Below, piece by piece: positions 1 through 13,809 of a stretch of DNA of 64,000 bases. Each line of letters begins with the position of its first letter. Within the stretch, counting starts at the first letter, position 1. The notes under the pieces are model-generated. The model saw nothing but the letters and a program-made list of their open reading frames with translations. It did not search any database and was not told the DNA's origin. The position numbers were made by a program, and so were the translations under genes. The stretch is from Eledone cirrhosa (lineage: Eukaryota), in assembly GCA_964016885.1 (NCBI GenBank), contig OZ024745.1, positions 44,330,001 through 44,394,000 on the forward strand, written 5' to 3'.

Positions 1-36
1 ACATATATACATATACATATACATATATATATATAC

Positions 37-127
<91 letters not shown>

Positions 128-128
128 C

Positions 129-175
<47 letters not shown>

Positions 176-181
176 TATATA

Positions 182-1313
182 CATCATCATCATCATCAAC
201 GTTTAACGTCCGTGTTCCACGCTTGCATGGGTTTGGACGGGGGGTAGTCCCACTTGAGGCAAGAGTGATTGTCTTGCTCGCATAGGACTGTCTGGCAGGT
301 TTTCTACAGTTGGATGCCCTTCCTAACACCAACCACATTTACAGTGTGGGTCTGGGAGGTTTTTACCGTGTTGCCTACACGGCCACATTACAGCGTGGAC
401 TGTGTGTTTTTTTGTCGTGACACCTACACGATCTCATTTGTTTCGGCCTGGATGGCGCGGCACCAACATAACTTTACATAGAACGGGGTGGTGTGGATGG
501 GGTGGGGGTGGGACGGGGGTGTATTTTGTTAGAGATGCCTACTGGCTGGAGTAGGTTTTACTATATATTTAGGTAAGGCGGGTCTTCTCTGTTACTGAGT
601 ACCGCCAAAGGTCTCGGTCCAGTGACATTGTCTTGGAGAGGTGTAAGTGTGTGAGGTCGGAGTTTATCAGCTCGTCCCAGGTTTTTCTAGGTCTGCCTAT
701 TCCGTGGCTACCGTCTATCTTTATTGCTCTGCACTTTGTTATACAGCTATCGACTTTCATGCGCATCACGTGTCCATACCAACGTAGCCTTCTCTCGAGT
801 AAACAACATCTGATCCCTCTTATCTCTAATTTTTTCCTTAGTTCGTTTATGCTTTGCCGTTCACGTATATTACTGTTACACATCCAGCGGAGCATGCAAG
901 CTTCGTTCCTCTCTAGTCTGCGTATATCCTCTGCACACAATGCCCAGGTCTCACTGCCATGCAACATTGCTGTTCGTATGCAGGCATCGTACAACCTGCC
1001 TTTCATTTTTAGGGAGAACCCTTTAGCAGCTAATAGTGGTATAAGCTCTCTGAACTTTTTCCAACCAGTTCTGACTCTAGCTACTGTACTTTCAGAGCAC
1101 CCTCCCCACTGCTGATTTTATCGCCCAGGTAACGGAAGCTGTCCACTATTTCTATAGAACCCTCTGCGCAATTGAAAGAGCTAGTATTTTGTGGGCATTT
1201 GCTGCTACTTATTGCACCAGAACACCGGCCACATGTAAAATCTATGTTCTTAGTTAGCTTACCTGTGATCCCACTACATCTTTTATGCACCCATACTTTG
1301 CATTTAGGACATA
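182..1313 (-). mobile_element. 5'-truncated RTE (BovB-like) LINE, copy 1
   Basis: C-terminal ORF (RRLRWYGHVMRM, GRPRKTW), 3' UTR and (GAT)n tail; near-identical to 6243-7385; embedded in (TA)n. Confidence 0.93.
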
Positions 1314-1333
1314 ATACATACATATATATATAC

Positions 1334-1380
<47 letters not shown>

Positions 1381-1805
1381 CATATATATACATATATACA
1401 TATATATACATATATATATATGTATATTTATATAGCTTATAGGGTTGTGATGACCTTTCAGTCACAACACAATTTCTCTGATTATGGTTTATGGTGCCAT
1501 GAAAGATGCATTCATTCACAGAAAACTTGCCTAACAAAGGGTCAAGAAGATATTTGAGTTGTACCAAAAACATAACATCTCTAGTGCTAGTGCCACAATA
1601 AAATGCACCTGTTCAACCCTTCCATTAGTAAACTGATATATAGAATATTACTTAATAAAAATTTCTCAAATAAAATTATGATGGAAGGATTTAAAATAAG
1701 TAAAAACATTTTTAAATGGTTAATTTTGTATCATAAATGCAGGTGATTTCAGACAGTTTAGTATCAAAAGGGTTAATATTTTAGATATACAAGTAGAAAA
1801 TGTAC

Positions 1806-1955
1806 TTTTGCAGTTGTTGCTCTTTTCAGTGGATCCATCTTGAGTAATTCTGCCATCAGGTCCAGTAAATCATCTGGTGCTGCCGTAAATATAGAACTTA
1901 GAGGATTTGGTGGAAATTCCTTGAATTGGATGTAGTCAGGAAGCTCTTTCATGTC
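1806..1955 (-). CDS. CDK7: CDK7 exon 9 (later exons lie before position 1)
   Basis: DMKELPDYIQFKEFPPNPLSSIFTAAPDDLLDLMAELLKMDPLKRATTAK; cag/gtacat borders. Confidence 0.92.
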
Positions 1956-2032
1956 CTGAAAATAGAGGTAGGAAATAATAATATTCTTGTTAACGACATT
2001 AGGATTAAAAAATGTCTCTAGAAAACATTTGG

Positions 2033-2369
2033 TAATAATAGTTTCTAATTAAAACACACAGTGTAATAATAGTTTCTAATTAAAACACACAGTGTAATAA
2101 TAGTTTCTAATTAAAACACACAGTGTAATAATAGTTTCTAATTAAAACACACAGTGTAATAATAGTTTCTAATTAAAACACACAGTGTAATAATAGTTTC
2201 TAATTAAAACACACAGTGTAATAATAGTTTCTAATTAAAACACACAGTGTAATAATAGTTTCTAATTAAAACACACAGTGTAATAATAGTTTCTAATTAA
2301 AACACACAGTGTAATAATAGTTTCTAATTAAAACACACAGTGTAATAATAGTTTCTAATTAAAACACAC
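2033..2369. repeat. Perfect 31-bp minisatellite, about 11 copies
   Basis: Unit TAATAATAGTTTCTAATTAAAACACACAGTG. Confidence 0.97.
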
Positions 2370-4181
2370 CGCCGGAAGTCTGGGGAAGAGTGGGGAAAGT
2401 TACCAACCACATTTGGTAACAATGTATGCTTTTAGACCATTGATGAGATTAGATTTTAATGAAAATTTATGTGCATATAAGCTTGACTGAGGTTAAGAAG
2501 CTGTCTTCATGACTATCATCATCATTATTTAATGTCTGTTTTCTTTGCCAGTAAGAATTGGACAAGTAGAGCTTGTGACTTTAATTTCCATCCCACTACT
2601 CAACACCATGGGCAATTGATCTCCATCATAGCTTCAGATCAATGGACATAATGGCCTTGTATGAAATGAGACTATCTGAAGAAGGCCACTTCACAGAACA
2701 GTCTGCTGGTTATACCTTTATTCTTACTCATTTCTGGTCCACCAGCTAGCCTTGTGAGTAAAGATATCAAACAAAATACAGTTTATCATCATCACCACCA
2801 CCACCACCTATGTCTATTTTCCATGCTTCCATTGGTGGGTTAGAAAAGTTGTCACGTTATGAGGCTAGCCATATCAGGTGACTATGTCTTGTTCATACAG
2901 ATTTGTTTTGGGCTCTGTTTCCTAATGCTAACCACATTACAGCATGTTTTGGGAGCTATTGTCATAGCATCACCACTGTCACTTTAAAGGTGGACTGGGT
3001 GCTTTTTGTCAAGGCACCAGGATGACCACTTAACAGAGTGGGTTGGGTGCTTTTATTTTTTTGTGCTACCAGCATGACTACCTTACTGAGTGGATTGGAA
3101 GTTTTTTGTCATGGCACCAGTACAGCCACTTTACAGGGTGGACTGGGTGTTTTTGTTGTGGTACCAGCACTACCACCGTTGAGGGTGGACTAAGAAATAA
3201 TTTCACTGACATACGTACATAAAGGGGAAAACATTTAATGAACTTAGAACAGTTAGCTTCAATGGCTACCAATGATGCTTAACTAATTATTTTCTAAATG
3301 GGGAAGACCTCCAGTTCCATTAGCATTCAATGGATGAGGAGAAATAAATGTTCTCCTCTATCACAAATAACTTTTCCTGTCAGAAGAATTGAACCAAGTA
3401 TGCAAGCCATCAAAATATTTCTCAATTTGAGTGCTGCAGCTGTTTATAACCAGGAATTACCTCAGTTGTGGGACCTAAATAGACTGAACTATTAAAAGTT
3501 TATTATCAGCCCTAGACACAACACAGTGCTGGTGGCAGAGTTTAAACAAATAGCTATTCAGCACCCTATTCACTCAGTCATAAGTATTCTCCATATTTGT
3601 CAATGATGAGGAAAGAGGAATATAATTTTGAAATTATATATTTCTAACCCTTTTTGATATCCAACTGCTCCAAACCAGTTCTGTCTCTGAACAAAACTAC
3701 CTATTTTAATGGATTTCTATTTGAACTAAAATCTTTCAACCTAATTTTACATAAAAAAACCTTTTAAGTCATGATATAAATAATAAATGATTTTAGCAAA
3801 TCCCTCAGAAATGATGCATTAATTGATTGAAATACAGTGCATTTCATTAGAAATCACCATTATCATTTTCATCACGATTTAACATCTATTTTTCATGCTT
3901 GCATGAGTTAGATGGGCTGTCATGTTATGAGGCCAGAAAGATCAAATGATCATGTCTTGCTCATACACTGTTTTTGGCTAGGTTTTCTCTGGATGAATGC
4001 CCTTTTAAATGCCAACAACTTGCAGGGTGATATTTCATCAAGACACTATCTATAACCACTTTACAGGGTAGACTAAAAATATAACAAAAGGTTTAAATGG
4101 GTAACATATGCATATTTTTTTCTTCCCCTTCTTTTCAATCATCTCAGCTACATCCTAGCTGAAGTACCCAGCATAACTTAC

Positions 4182-4268
4182 CGGCCATGTGATTTCTGTA
4201 GGTGTACCCATAGCTTGAAAAATCCTCGTCAATTGGTCAAGATCAGTTTCACCTGGCAGAAAAGGAAC
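4182..4268 (-). CDS. CDK7: CDK7 exon 8
   Basis: [29 protein letters not shown]; tag/gtaagt borders. Confidence 0.95.
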
Positions 4269-4827
4269 CTAAAATAAAATAAAACAATATATAAATAACT
4301 AAAACATCATATAAAGTAATATATAATTATAAATGTATGTATGTGTGTGTATATTCTTTTTCACCCACATAGTGAGGTTCAGCATTTTGTGATCAGCTTT
4401 CACCAATGACCTCTGTCTAGGTTTTTCTCAGTCTTCCTCTACTGTAGCTTCCTTCCACTGGTATATCCTGGCATTTCTTCATCAAGTATTCTTCATCAAG
4501 TATCCTTCATCCATATATCACTGGTCCAAATCAATGCAGTCTTCTTTCTTGCACACCACATCTGGTTCCACTTATATCCCCTAGCTTTTCTATTTCCCTT
4601 GTAATGGCTTTCCCAGTACATTCTGAAATAGTACTATTTCTCAAAAGTAGTGACAGGAAAGTTACAATTTCCTCGATAATATCAACTTAATTTCCACAAT
4701 AAAAATAATAATAAAAAAAAAATCATAAAAAAAGAAAGCAGTTTTGGGAAAGTCATTAGAGTGCCTGATTAAATTTTTGATCTGGTTCATTGTGCTCAGA
4801 GTTCAAATTCTGCAAAGGTCAAAATTT

Positions 4828-5028
4828 TTAACCCTTTTAATTAACAAAGAATTTGGAGGGTTTTATTACAATCATGGTTTCATTAAGATGCCATTTGTAA
4901 ACATAACAAAATGGTCTTAGATAAATCTATGTTGGAAAGTTTTAATTTTAATAGGAACCCTTCGAAATCAGTTGTCTTGTTACATAGACGGAGGTGGTTT
5001 TGGGTGGGGGTGGTATCAAAAGGGTTAA
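4828..5028. mobile_element. piggyBac-like MITE (family also at about 1613-1776, 11811-12067 and 28875-29087)
   Basis: TTAA-CCCTTT...AAAGGG-TTAA termini. Confidence 0.6.
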
Positions 5029-5695
5029 TCCATCAAGGTCAATAAAGTACCAATCCAAGGCAGAGGATTGTTGGAATTATTAAAACAGCCAAAAGAATGC
5101 CTTGCAATAGTTGTTCCAGGTCTGTGCATTCTGAGTTGACTGGTGACATGATAGGACTAGAAACTTCATCATTAAAACACCCAAGAAATCTCCTATGAGA
5201 AGCAACCTTAATCCTTTCATTACCATATTTCTAATGGATTTTCAAATAATTTTTAATTTTGAAAGATTTGGGAAGTGATATAACTTTCTACTAATTAAGC
5301 TGGTATTTGAAACATAATTTAACCAAAGTTCTTACAGAAAGTTATGATGGAAGGTTTTTAGATAAATATAAACATTTTAAAATAAATAAAAACACAACGA
5401 TATCAAAAGGATTAAGAGGAAGCCTGTTAAAAATACAAGATGTGAGCCATAACAAGAACAAACAACTGAAATATGAGTAAATATTGATAAAACAAAATAT
5501 ATCCAGATGCTAAACTCCGCCAGTTGCAGAATGCGCATCAACATGAGATATTTTTCTCCACAAAGTTCGATCACCAACAGCAGAGTTTAAGAGCAAAGGC
5601 TGAGTCCAGTCCATAAGTTGACATTGTCAAGCTATCGTTTTGGCTGCTGACCTCTGCTTCTCTTACCAGTCAATTTTCCTTCTAGGCATAACTTA

Positions 5696-5941
<246 letters not shown>

Positions 5942-6242
5942 TTAATAAGAGAAAATAAATTACATGCATTTTAAAATTTCATAGCTCCTAGTTCACACTG
6001 TAAGGTGGTTGGTGATAGGAAAGGCATCCAGCTATAGAAAGCCTGCCAAACAAAGGGTTGGGAGGACCTTTCAGTTGTGTCAAAGACATGACAACCTCTC
6101 TTGGGCACTCAGTAGAACGCGAGAGCATACATAACAAAATGCAGAACCCCACTTACTGATTCAGTACTGACTTGGTCTATATAGACCCATCCAACCCTTG
6201 CTAGCAGGGAAAGCAGACATTAAATAATGAGGATGATGATTA

Positions 6243-8268
6243 TCATCATCATCATCATCATCAACGTTTAACGTCCGTGTTCCACGCTTGCATGGGTTTG
6301 GACGGGGGTAGTCCCACTTGAGGCAAGAGTGATTGTCTTGCTCGCATAGGACTGTCTGGCAGGTTTTCTACAGTTGGATGCCCTTCCTAACACCAACCAC
6401 ATTTACAGTGTGGGTCTGGGAGGTTTTTACCGTGTTGCCTACACGGCCACATTACAGCGTGGACTGTGTGTTTTTTTGTCGTGACACCTACACGATCTCA
6501 TTTGTTTCGGCCTCGATGGCGCGGCACCAACATAACTTTACATAGAACGGGGTGGTGTGGATCGGGTGGGGGTGGTGGTGGTGGGACGGGGTGTATTTTG
6601 TTAGAGATGCCTACTGGCTGGAGTAGGTTTTACTATATATTTAGGTAAGGCGGGTCTTCTCTGTTACTGAGTACCGCCAAAGGTCTCGGTCCAGTGACAT
6701 TGTCTTGGAGAGGTGTAAGTGTGTGATGTCGGAGTTTATCAGCTCGTCCCAGGTTTTTCTAGGTCTGCCTATTCCGTGACTACCGTCTATCTTTATTGCC
6801 CTGCACTTTGTTATACAGCTATCGACTTTCATGCGCATCACGTGTCCATACCAACGTAGCCTTCTCTCGAGTAAACAACATCTGATCCCTCTTATCTCTA
6901 ATTTTTTCCTTAGTTCGTTTATGCTTTGCCGTTCACGTATATTACTGTTACACATCCAGCGGAGCATGCAAACTTCGTTCCTCTCTAGTCTGCGTATATC
7001 CTCTGCACACAATGCCCAGGTCTCACTGCCATGCAACATTGCTGTTCGTATGCAGGCATCGTACAACCTGCCTTTCATTTTTAGTGAGAACCCTTTAGCA
7101 GCTAATAGTGGTATAAGCTCTCTGAACTTTTTCCAACCAGTTCTGACTCTAGCTACTGTACTTTCAGAGCACCCTCCCCCACTGCTGATTTTATCGCCCA
7201 GGTAACGGAAGCTGTCCACTATTTCTATAGAACCCTCTGCGCAATTGAAAGAGCTAGTAGTTTGTGGGCACTTGCTGCTACTTATTGCACCAGAGCACCG
7301 GCCACATGTAAAATCTATGTTCTTAGTTAGCTTACCTGTGATCCCACTACATCTTTTATGCACCCATACTTTGCATTTAGGACATAAAATGGAGTTTCTA
7401 CCTACGCCTTTCCTACACACCGAGCACGACCATTTCCCAGAAGGGACCGCCGCCTTGTTTTCTTTCCTACAAACTAGTACTTTGGTCTTAGCCAGGTTAA
7501 TTTTAAGTCCTTTTGACTCTAGGCCGTGCTTCCATGTTTGGAATTTCTTCTCTAGCTCGGCCATTGATTCCGCTATGAGTGTCAGGTCGTCTGCGTATAG
7601 GAGTTCCCATGGGCAGCCTGTCTTGAACTCCTCTGTTATAGCCTGAAGGGCAATAATAAATAGTAGTGGACTGAGAACAGAGCCCTGATGGACGCCAACT
7701 TTTACGCTAAACTCTTCACTATATTCGTTGTTAATTCTAACCTTGCTGACTGTTTCTTTATACATGGCTTGTATAGCCCTCACAAGCCATTCGTCAACGC
7801 CTAGTTTTCTAAGAGCCCACCAGATAATGGAGCGGGGGACTCTGTCGAAGGCTTTCTCCAAGTCGACAAAAGCTAAGTAGAGGGGTTTACCTTTAGCTAG
7901 GTACTTCTCCTGTAGTTGTCGTACTATGAAAAGAGCGTCTGTGGTACTTTTGCCTGACACAAACCCGAACTGCATTTCATCTAGGTCAATTCTCTCTCTG
8001 ATTAGTTGCGCTATTACTTTTTCCGTGACCTTCATGACCTGGTCGATTAATTTAATGCCTCTATAGTTACTCCTATCTAGGGCGTCTCCTTTACCCTTAT
8101 AACAGTTAACGATGATGCTGCTATGCCAGTCCTTCGGAACAACCCCATTCTGTACGACTTGGTTAACTATGCGGGTGACCATGGTGTGTCCCACCGTGCC
8201 AGATGCCTTCAGCATCTCAGCAACTATTTCCGAAGGCCCAGCCGCCTTACCAGTCTTCATATCCTTGA
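6243..8268 (-). mobile_element. 5'-truncated RTE (BovB-like) LINE, copy 2, with uninterrupted 539-aa RT ORF (6641-8260)
   Basis: GKAAGPS, NYRGIKL, QFGF, DLEKAFD, GVHQGSVLSPLLF, YADD motifs; Cys/His finger; (GAT)n tail. Confidence 0.95.
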
Positions 8269-8517
8269 TTATATATATATATATATATCAAATTTAGTAT
8301 AGAATGCCTCAACTGTGTCAACCTGTCTAACCCATGCTAGCATGGAGAATGGGCGTTAAAAATGATGATGATGATGCATGTGTGTTTGTTCTTGGTTCAA
8401 TAATCCATGCTGATTGATCTAAGCAATCAAATAATTATAGTGTAATCAGACATAAGCACTCAACATTATCAGAATGAGTTGCGAAGAAAGAGAAAAGAAG
8501 GTTTTGATGATACTAAC

Positions 8518-8636
8518 CTTGTAACAACTTGATGTGTATATATTCGATTGGGAGAGCCATAAAATTTGGCCAAACCAAAATCTCCAAGTTTTAAAACTCC
8601 TTCAGTGTTAATTAATAAATTATTGGGTTTCAGATC
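8518..8636 (-). CDS. CDK7: CDK7 exon 6
   Basis: DLKPNNLL...[22 protein letters not shown](R): catalytic loop, DFG and T-loop Ser/Thr. Confidence 0.97.
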
Positions 8637-9834
8637 CTAACAAGAAAATAAACATTAGAATAAAAATGACCTCTTAATAAAAGGTGGTGAACTGGTCTTT
8701 GTTTGAATGTTTATGTGTACAAATCTTACAAAGGTCAATTTTGCCATTCATCATTTTCAAGATCAATAAAATTAATTATCAGTCCATCACAGTAGGTGGG
8801 CAGAATTATTAGAGTTCCAAATAAAATGCTTTGCAGCATTTGGTCTAGTTCCTTATGCTCTCAGTTCAAATCCTGCTTGAGTGGTGGACTTAATCTATCA
8901 CTAGCCCCTAATGCCTACTTTTACACCATTGGCACCACATTAACCATATACCATTTTAATGTCTATATTTCTACCACTGAAGAAGTCCATAAGAGGCCAA
9001 TAGTTTGGGGATCCCTGAGTTAAACAATCAAAATGTACCAACAAAAAACTGAAACTTTAGATCTACAGTTCAGAACATTGATTTCTAAGGCACAAACCCA
9101 GCAAATTTGGGGAAGGGCAAATTTGATTAAATCAACCCCAGTACTTGGCTGGCACTTTATTTTATCGACCCCAGACTTTGCTGGTATTTGAACTCAGAAT
9201 GTACAGCCAGAACAAATACCACAATGGCATTTTATCCTATGCTACCAGTCACCATACCTTCCGAGTAAATATACATTCTTATGTCTCCTTCTCTTATTAA
9301 AAGCACTGGAAAGCCATTTTTATCTATTACACAAAATCATTTTGTGTTGTTACCTATTTTTTTAGGAGGTAGTATGATGTTTACTCTACAGACAGTAGAG
9401 TCATTTATACATGAACACTACTTAAATTTGGTTCATCCCAATCATCACTGTTTAAAGTCTTTTTTTCCTATCTTGCATGAGATAGACAGCTACCATATAC
9501 TGAGATCGGACTAGTCAGATGACCATATCTTGCTCATATGCTCCATTTTTAGCTTAGTTTCTACAGTTAGATGCCCTTCTTAATGCCAACATCCTTGCAG
9601 CATGTACTGGAGTCATTTTATTGTGACTCTGGCACAATATCACACTTACAGAGGGTACTTTTCATCAAATTTTATATTCCTATAGGTGACAGTGTATGCA
9701 TAATATGTACAATCATGTTAAACTGATGATAGCATTAAAATATGTTTATTTGACTATATAAAAGAAAGAGCAAACAGTCAATGCTAACATAATAAATAAA
9801 AACAATCAGGAGAGAAACCTCATAAATAACTTAC

Positions 9835-9945
9835 TCTATGCAAAATCCAGTGTGCATGAAGGTAGTTAAGACCTTCCAAGGTTTGTAGAATATATGATTT
9901 GATATGAGATGGTGTTAACACAATGCTGGAATCTTTTATGATTAT
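9835..9945 (-). CDS. CDK7: CDK7 exon 5
   Basis: [37 protein letters not shown]; cag/gtaagt borders. Confidence 0.96.
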
Positions 9946-10920
9946 CTGAAATTGAAACAAAACAAACAAGAAAAATAAACTTTCCATATTCAGAGAAAGT
10001 AGGATAAGCTCTGGCCTGATGAAAAGCAAAGTCAAACTTGGGATTTGAACGCAGAGCATAAAGGGAAGTAACCAAATATGGCTACACATTTTGTTGGGTA
10101 CTGTAGCTATAAATAATGCTTTCTTTATGAATCACAAGGGTTGATTTGTAGCTATAAATAATAATTTTGATTTTTGTTACATTGGCACTATGACATAGAT
10201 TTGTAGGGACTGAATATAATCAGTGCTGGTCTGGGACTTATTTTGTCAACTCTGAAGGAATAAAACAAAGTTGATTATAGCAAGATTTGATCTCAGAGTG
10301 TAAAGAGATGAGAGTAAAGTATTTTAAGTATGTACACTTAATCTATTTCCCAGTTTAACATCATCATCTGGTTCTTGGGTGCCTTTAGCTGAGTTCACTT
10401 TGATGCAAGCATTCAAACCAGGTCTCTTAAAAGTTTCAGAGGCTCTGATAAAGTCATGAGCAATGTCCTTCCTCCTAAGCAATAAAGAAAACATCTTATT
10501 ACATTCTCTGAGTTCAGCAAACTGTCATGACTATGTACTAGATCTCTTGTAACATTACTTGTGATAGACTAGCATTGTATCCAAAGTAATATCTACTTCT
10601 CATCTACTTGAGCATCTCATATATCAAGTAGGCCAATGAAACCTTATCTATGTTTTACATCTGCCTATGTTTCCACTAATACTATCAGCTCATAGTATTT
10701 TCATACATCTTACACATCAAATGATCATACTAGCATAACTATCTTTTCTTGCGTACAACCACAACTGCTTGTTCATCTCTGCTTAAGATATTACAGTTGA
10801 AAACTTTCTGCCTACAATGTCAATACCATACACCATAACACATTGGCACACGCATTACAAAATCTGTCAATTACTATAATTGTTTCCAAGCTCCCAATCC
10901 ACTATAGGTATATATTCTAA

Positions 10921-11100
10921 TAATTGTTTCTACTTTTGGCACAAGGCCAGCAATTATCCAGTGTATTACTGGTACTTTATTTTATCGACCCCGTAAGGAT
11001 GAAAGGCAAAGTTAACCTTGGCGCGATTTGAACTCAGAATGGCAAGGGCCGTAACTATGCGTCAAAGCATGCCGTCCGACCCTCTACCGATACTGCCAAT
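10921..11100 (-). mobile_element. tRNA-derived SINE family A (Meta/MESC-like central domain)
   Basis: A box TGGCAGTATCGG, B box GAGTTCAAATC, GCCTTTCATCCTTACGGGGTCGATAAAATAAAGTACCAG core, ATTATT tail. Confidence 0.85.
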
Positions 11101-11160
11101 TCCCTGAATGAATAATATCAAAAGCCAATATTATAATGAAATATCATAAATGGAACTTAC

Positions 11161-11229
11161 CTCAAGGTCAGTCTCCATAAAGTCAAATACAAGACTAACA
11201 TTTGATTTGTGTCCAAAAACATTTAGTAG
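11161..11229 (-). CDS. CDK7: CDK7 exon 4
   Basis: [23 protein letters not shown]; cag/gtaagt borders. Confidence 0.96.
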
Positions 11230-11810
11230 CTGCAATAAAAATAAACAACATAATGAAAATAATAAAAATAACAACATAAAGAAAAACACTAAATGATTAG
11301 TCTGTTGAATTCCAGAGACATAATAAACATGAAGCTAAAATCATTTCTATTTTACTCCATATTCTATATTACTCAATATTTAGATTCCCAAAAGGAGTCA
11401 ACAATCTGATCAGATAAGGAAATTATGTTTCAATGTTGATACTACACATCAGTCACAACTCCTGGCAGAATCCTCACTGGTTTTTCAGTGATAAGAAGCA
11501 GGATTTGAACTGTGATACACAGAGTCAGAATAGATATCATAAGGCATCCTGCTCAAATCTTAAACAATTCCATTAATCTACTGTCCCTGGACTGGTACTT
11601 TGTTTAGTAACTCCTAAAACAATGAAAAGTGAAGTTGACCTCAGTGGGATTTGAACTCCGAATGCAAAGAGCTGGGATAAATACAGCCTTGCCAATTCTC
11701 AGGCCAGATTCTACAATGAATTAAACATTGCTAATAATGAAGACGGTCGACTGCCTAGAATCAGGAATGTTGTATCATGAGGATTTTTGTTGATAACATA
11801 GAAATCTTCT

Positions 11811-12067
11811 TTAACCCTTTTGATACCAAACCGTCTGAAACTGTCCCTGGTTCTATGAAACATAGCTGTTTACTTTAAAGTGTTTATATTTATCTACAAA
11901 TCTTCTATCATAGTTCTATTTAAGGACCTTTGCTATGTTCCAAACACCAGTTTAACACTGAGAAAATTAGTTATATTACTAAATCCCTTCAAATTCTTGA
12001 ATATTTTCAAAATGATTTGGAAATTATAGGTAGTGTCTCATTAAAAATATGGTAACAAAAGAGTTAA
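11811..12067. mobile_element. piggyBac-like MITE
   Basis: TTAACCCTTTTGATACC ... GGTAACAAAAGAGTTAA. Confidence 0.6.
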
Positions 12068-12212
12068 AATACGATTCCATTAAAATTAATATTTGTGGTT
12101 GCTTTTCAACTAAGTATCTCACAAAATAGAGAATTAAACATTTAGTAAATGTAATTGAATAGAAGACTTGAAAGACTAAAATAATTTGAAATAATGAGAA
12201 AATAAAACTTAC

Positions 12213-12314
12213 ACCAATAATATTAGGATGGCTGATTTCCTGAAGTATTTTGATTTCCCGTAAAGCAGTACGATTTATACCATCAGCTGCTTCAGCTCTT
12301 GTGCCAATTTTAAT
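12213..12314 (-). CDS. CDK7: CDK7 exon 3
   Basis: [34 protein letters not shown]; contains the CDK7-diagnostic NRTALRE helix. Confidence 0.97.
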
Positions 12315-12694
12315 CTAAAAAGCCATGAAATAATTCAAATACAATGATTACTGTTAGTTTTAAAAAAAGTTGCTATCATTGTCTGTATAGCATTATAATC
12401 TTCAGTATAACCAAACAACAATGATTGTTGCAATAAACCTTCAATTTAACGATGTGAAAACAACTGAGTTCATAATAATGTTTGAAAACAAAATATTGTG
12501 TTATGAGTAAATCTTAGCATTAACTATGAAAAGTAACTGAATATATATATCATAGATTGAGTTAGAAACTCAAAATAATCTTTTACAATTAAATAGCTCA
12601 AGGAAGGGAATCTTTCCAAGCCGTGTAATACAATTGAATTTATGAGAAGGATGAACACCGATACAAGTATACATGTGTTCGAATTGCAAATGAC

Positions 12695-12780
12695 CAAGTT
12701 AGCTATATATATATACAAGTTAGCTATATATATATACAAGTTAGCTATATATATATACAAGTTATATATATATATATAAG
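12695..12780. repeat. 21-bp tandem repeat, about 3.5 copies
   Basis: Unit CAAGTTAGCTATATATATATA. Confidence 0.85.
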
Positions 12781-12926
12781 AAGAAGAATGAGGTATCAAT
12801 ATAGCATCATTATGTTTATTCACAAGTCTGGTGAGTGATCGATTCTAGAATCAGACCAGATCGAAACCAATCATACCTTGAGCTGATCGATCATGAAATG
12901 CACATCACATGTGAATAAATAATAAT

Positions 12927-13112
12927 TGTTTCTACTTTAGGCACAAGGCCAGCAATTACCCAGTGCATTACTGGTACTTTATTTTATCGACCCCGTAAGG
13001 ATGAAAGGCAAAGTCAACCTCGGCGGGATTTGAACTCAGATCGTAAAGGGACGTAACTATGCTGGAAAGCATGGCGTCAGACCCTCTACCGATACTGCCA
13101 ATCCACCACCCT
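12927..13112 (-). mobile_element. SINE family A with 17-bp TSD
   Basis: Same consensus; TGTGAATAAATAATAAT on both flanks. Confidence 0.88.
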
Positions 13113-13310
13113 TGTGAATAAATAATAATGATGATGCTATAGTGATACCTCATTCCTACTTGTTATTATTATTATCATTCTGCTTCTTAAAGATATCAAC
13201 TATGGCGTAATACCAAACGTAAAATACCACATTGGCATTGTCCACTCAAACTGGTGAATCAATAGTAATTAATTATTACACACCAATAGACTATGTACAT
13301 ATATACATAT

Positions 13311-13650
13311 GGAGGCACATGGCTTAGTGGTTAGAGCATTGGCCTTGCAATCGAAAGGTTGTGAGTTCAATTCTCAGACCAGGTGATGTGTTGTTTCCTT
13401 GAGCAAGACACTTTATTTTACATTGCTCCACTTTACTCAGCTGTAGAAATGAGATGATAGGGACTAGGGTCCATATCATTCCACTGCAAAGTGGTCGTGG
13501 AAGTGCCACGGCAAAAAAAGCACCCAGCACTCACTGTAAATGAGGTTGGTGTTAGGAAGGGCATCCAGCTGTAGAAATCAAGCCAGAATCAGTTCCCGTC
13601 CCACCCTTGCAAGCAGGGAAAAGCAGACGTATGATGATGATGATGATGAT
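13311..13650 (+). mobile_element. tRNA/CORE-type SINE family B with RTE-derived 3' tail
   Basis: TGGCTTAGTGG A box, GAGTTCAATTC B box, CCTTGAGCAAGACACTT CORE-like segment, CCCTTGCAAGCAGGGAAAAGCAGACGT(ATG)n tail. Confidence 0.85.
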
Positions 13651-13749
13651 ATCACTCGCTCTTTCTCTCTATATATATATAAACATACACACACACATTT
13701 GCAGCATGGCTCCCATTCATTTTGGGAGGTTATAAATTGAAAATGTTAC

Positions 13750-13809
13750 CTTCTTGACAGCTACAATTGTATCATCTACAAGATCTTTGGCTTTGTATAC
13801 TGTAGCAAA
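13750..13809 (-). CDS. CDK7: CDK7 exon 2
   Basis: FATVYKAKDLVDDTIVAVKK; AG/GT borders, phase 0. Confidence 0.95.

Noticed and set aside
2033-2369. CRISPR-like array
   Set aside because: Units are contiguous and identical with no unique spacers, there are no cas genes, and the context is a eukaryotic intron.
13311-13385. tRNA genes at SINE heads
   Set aside because: A/B boxes run into CORE- or Meta-like bodies and LINE tails; no complete cloverleaf is evident.
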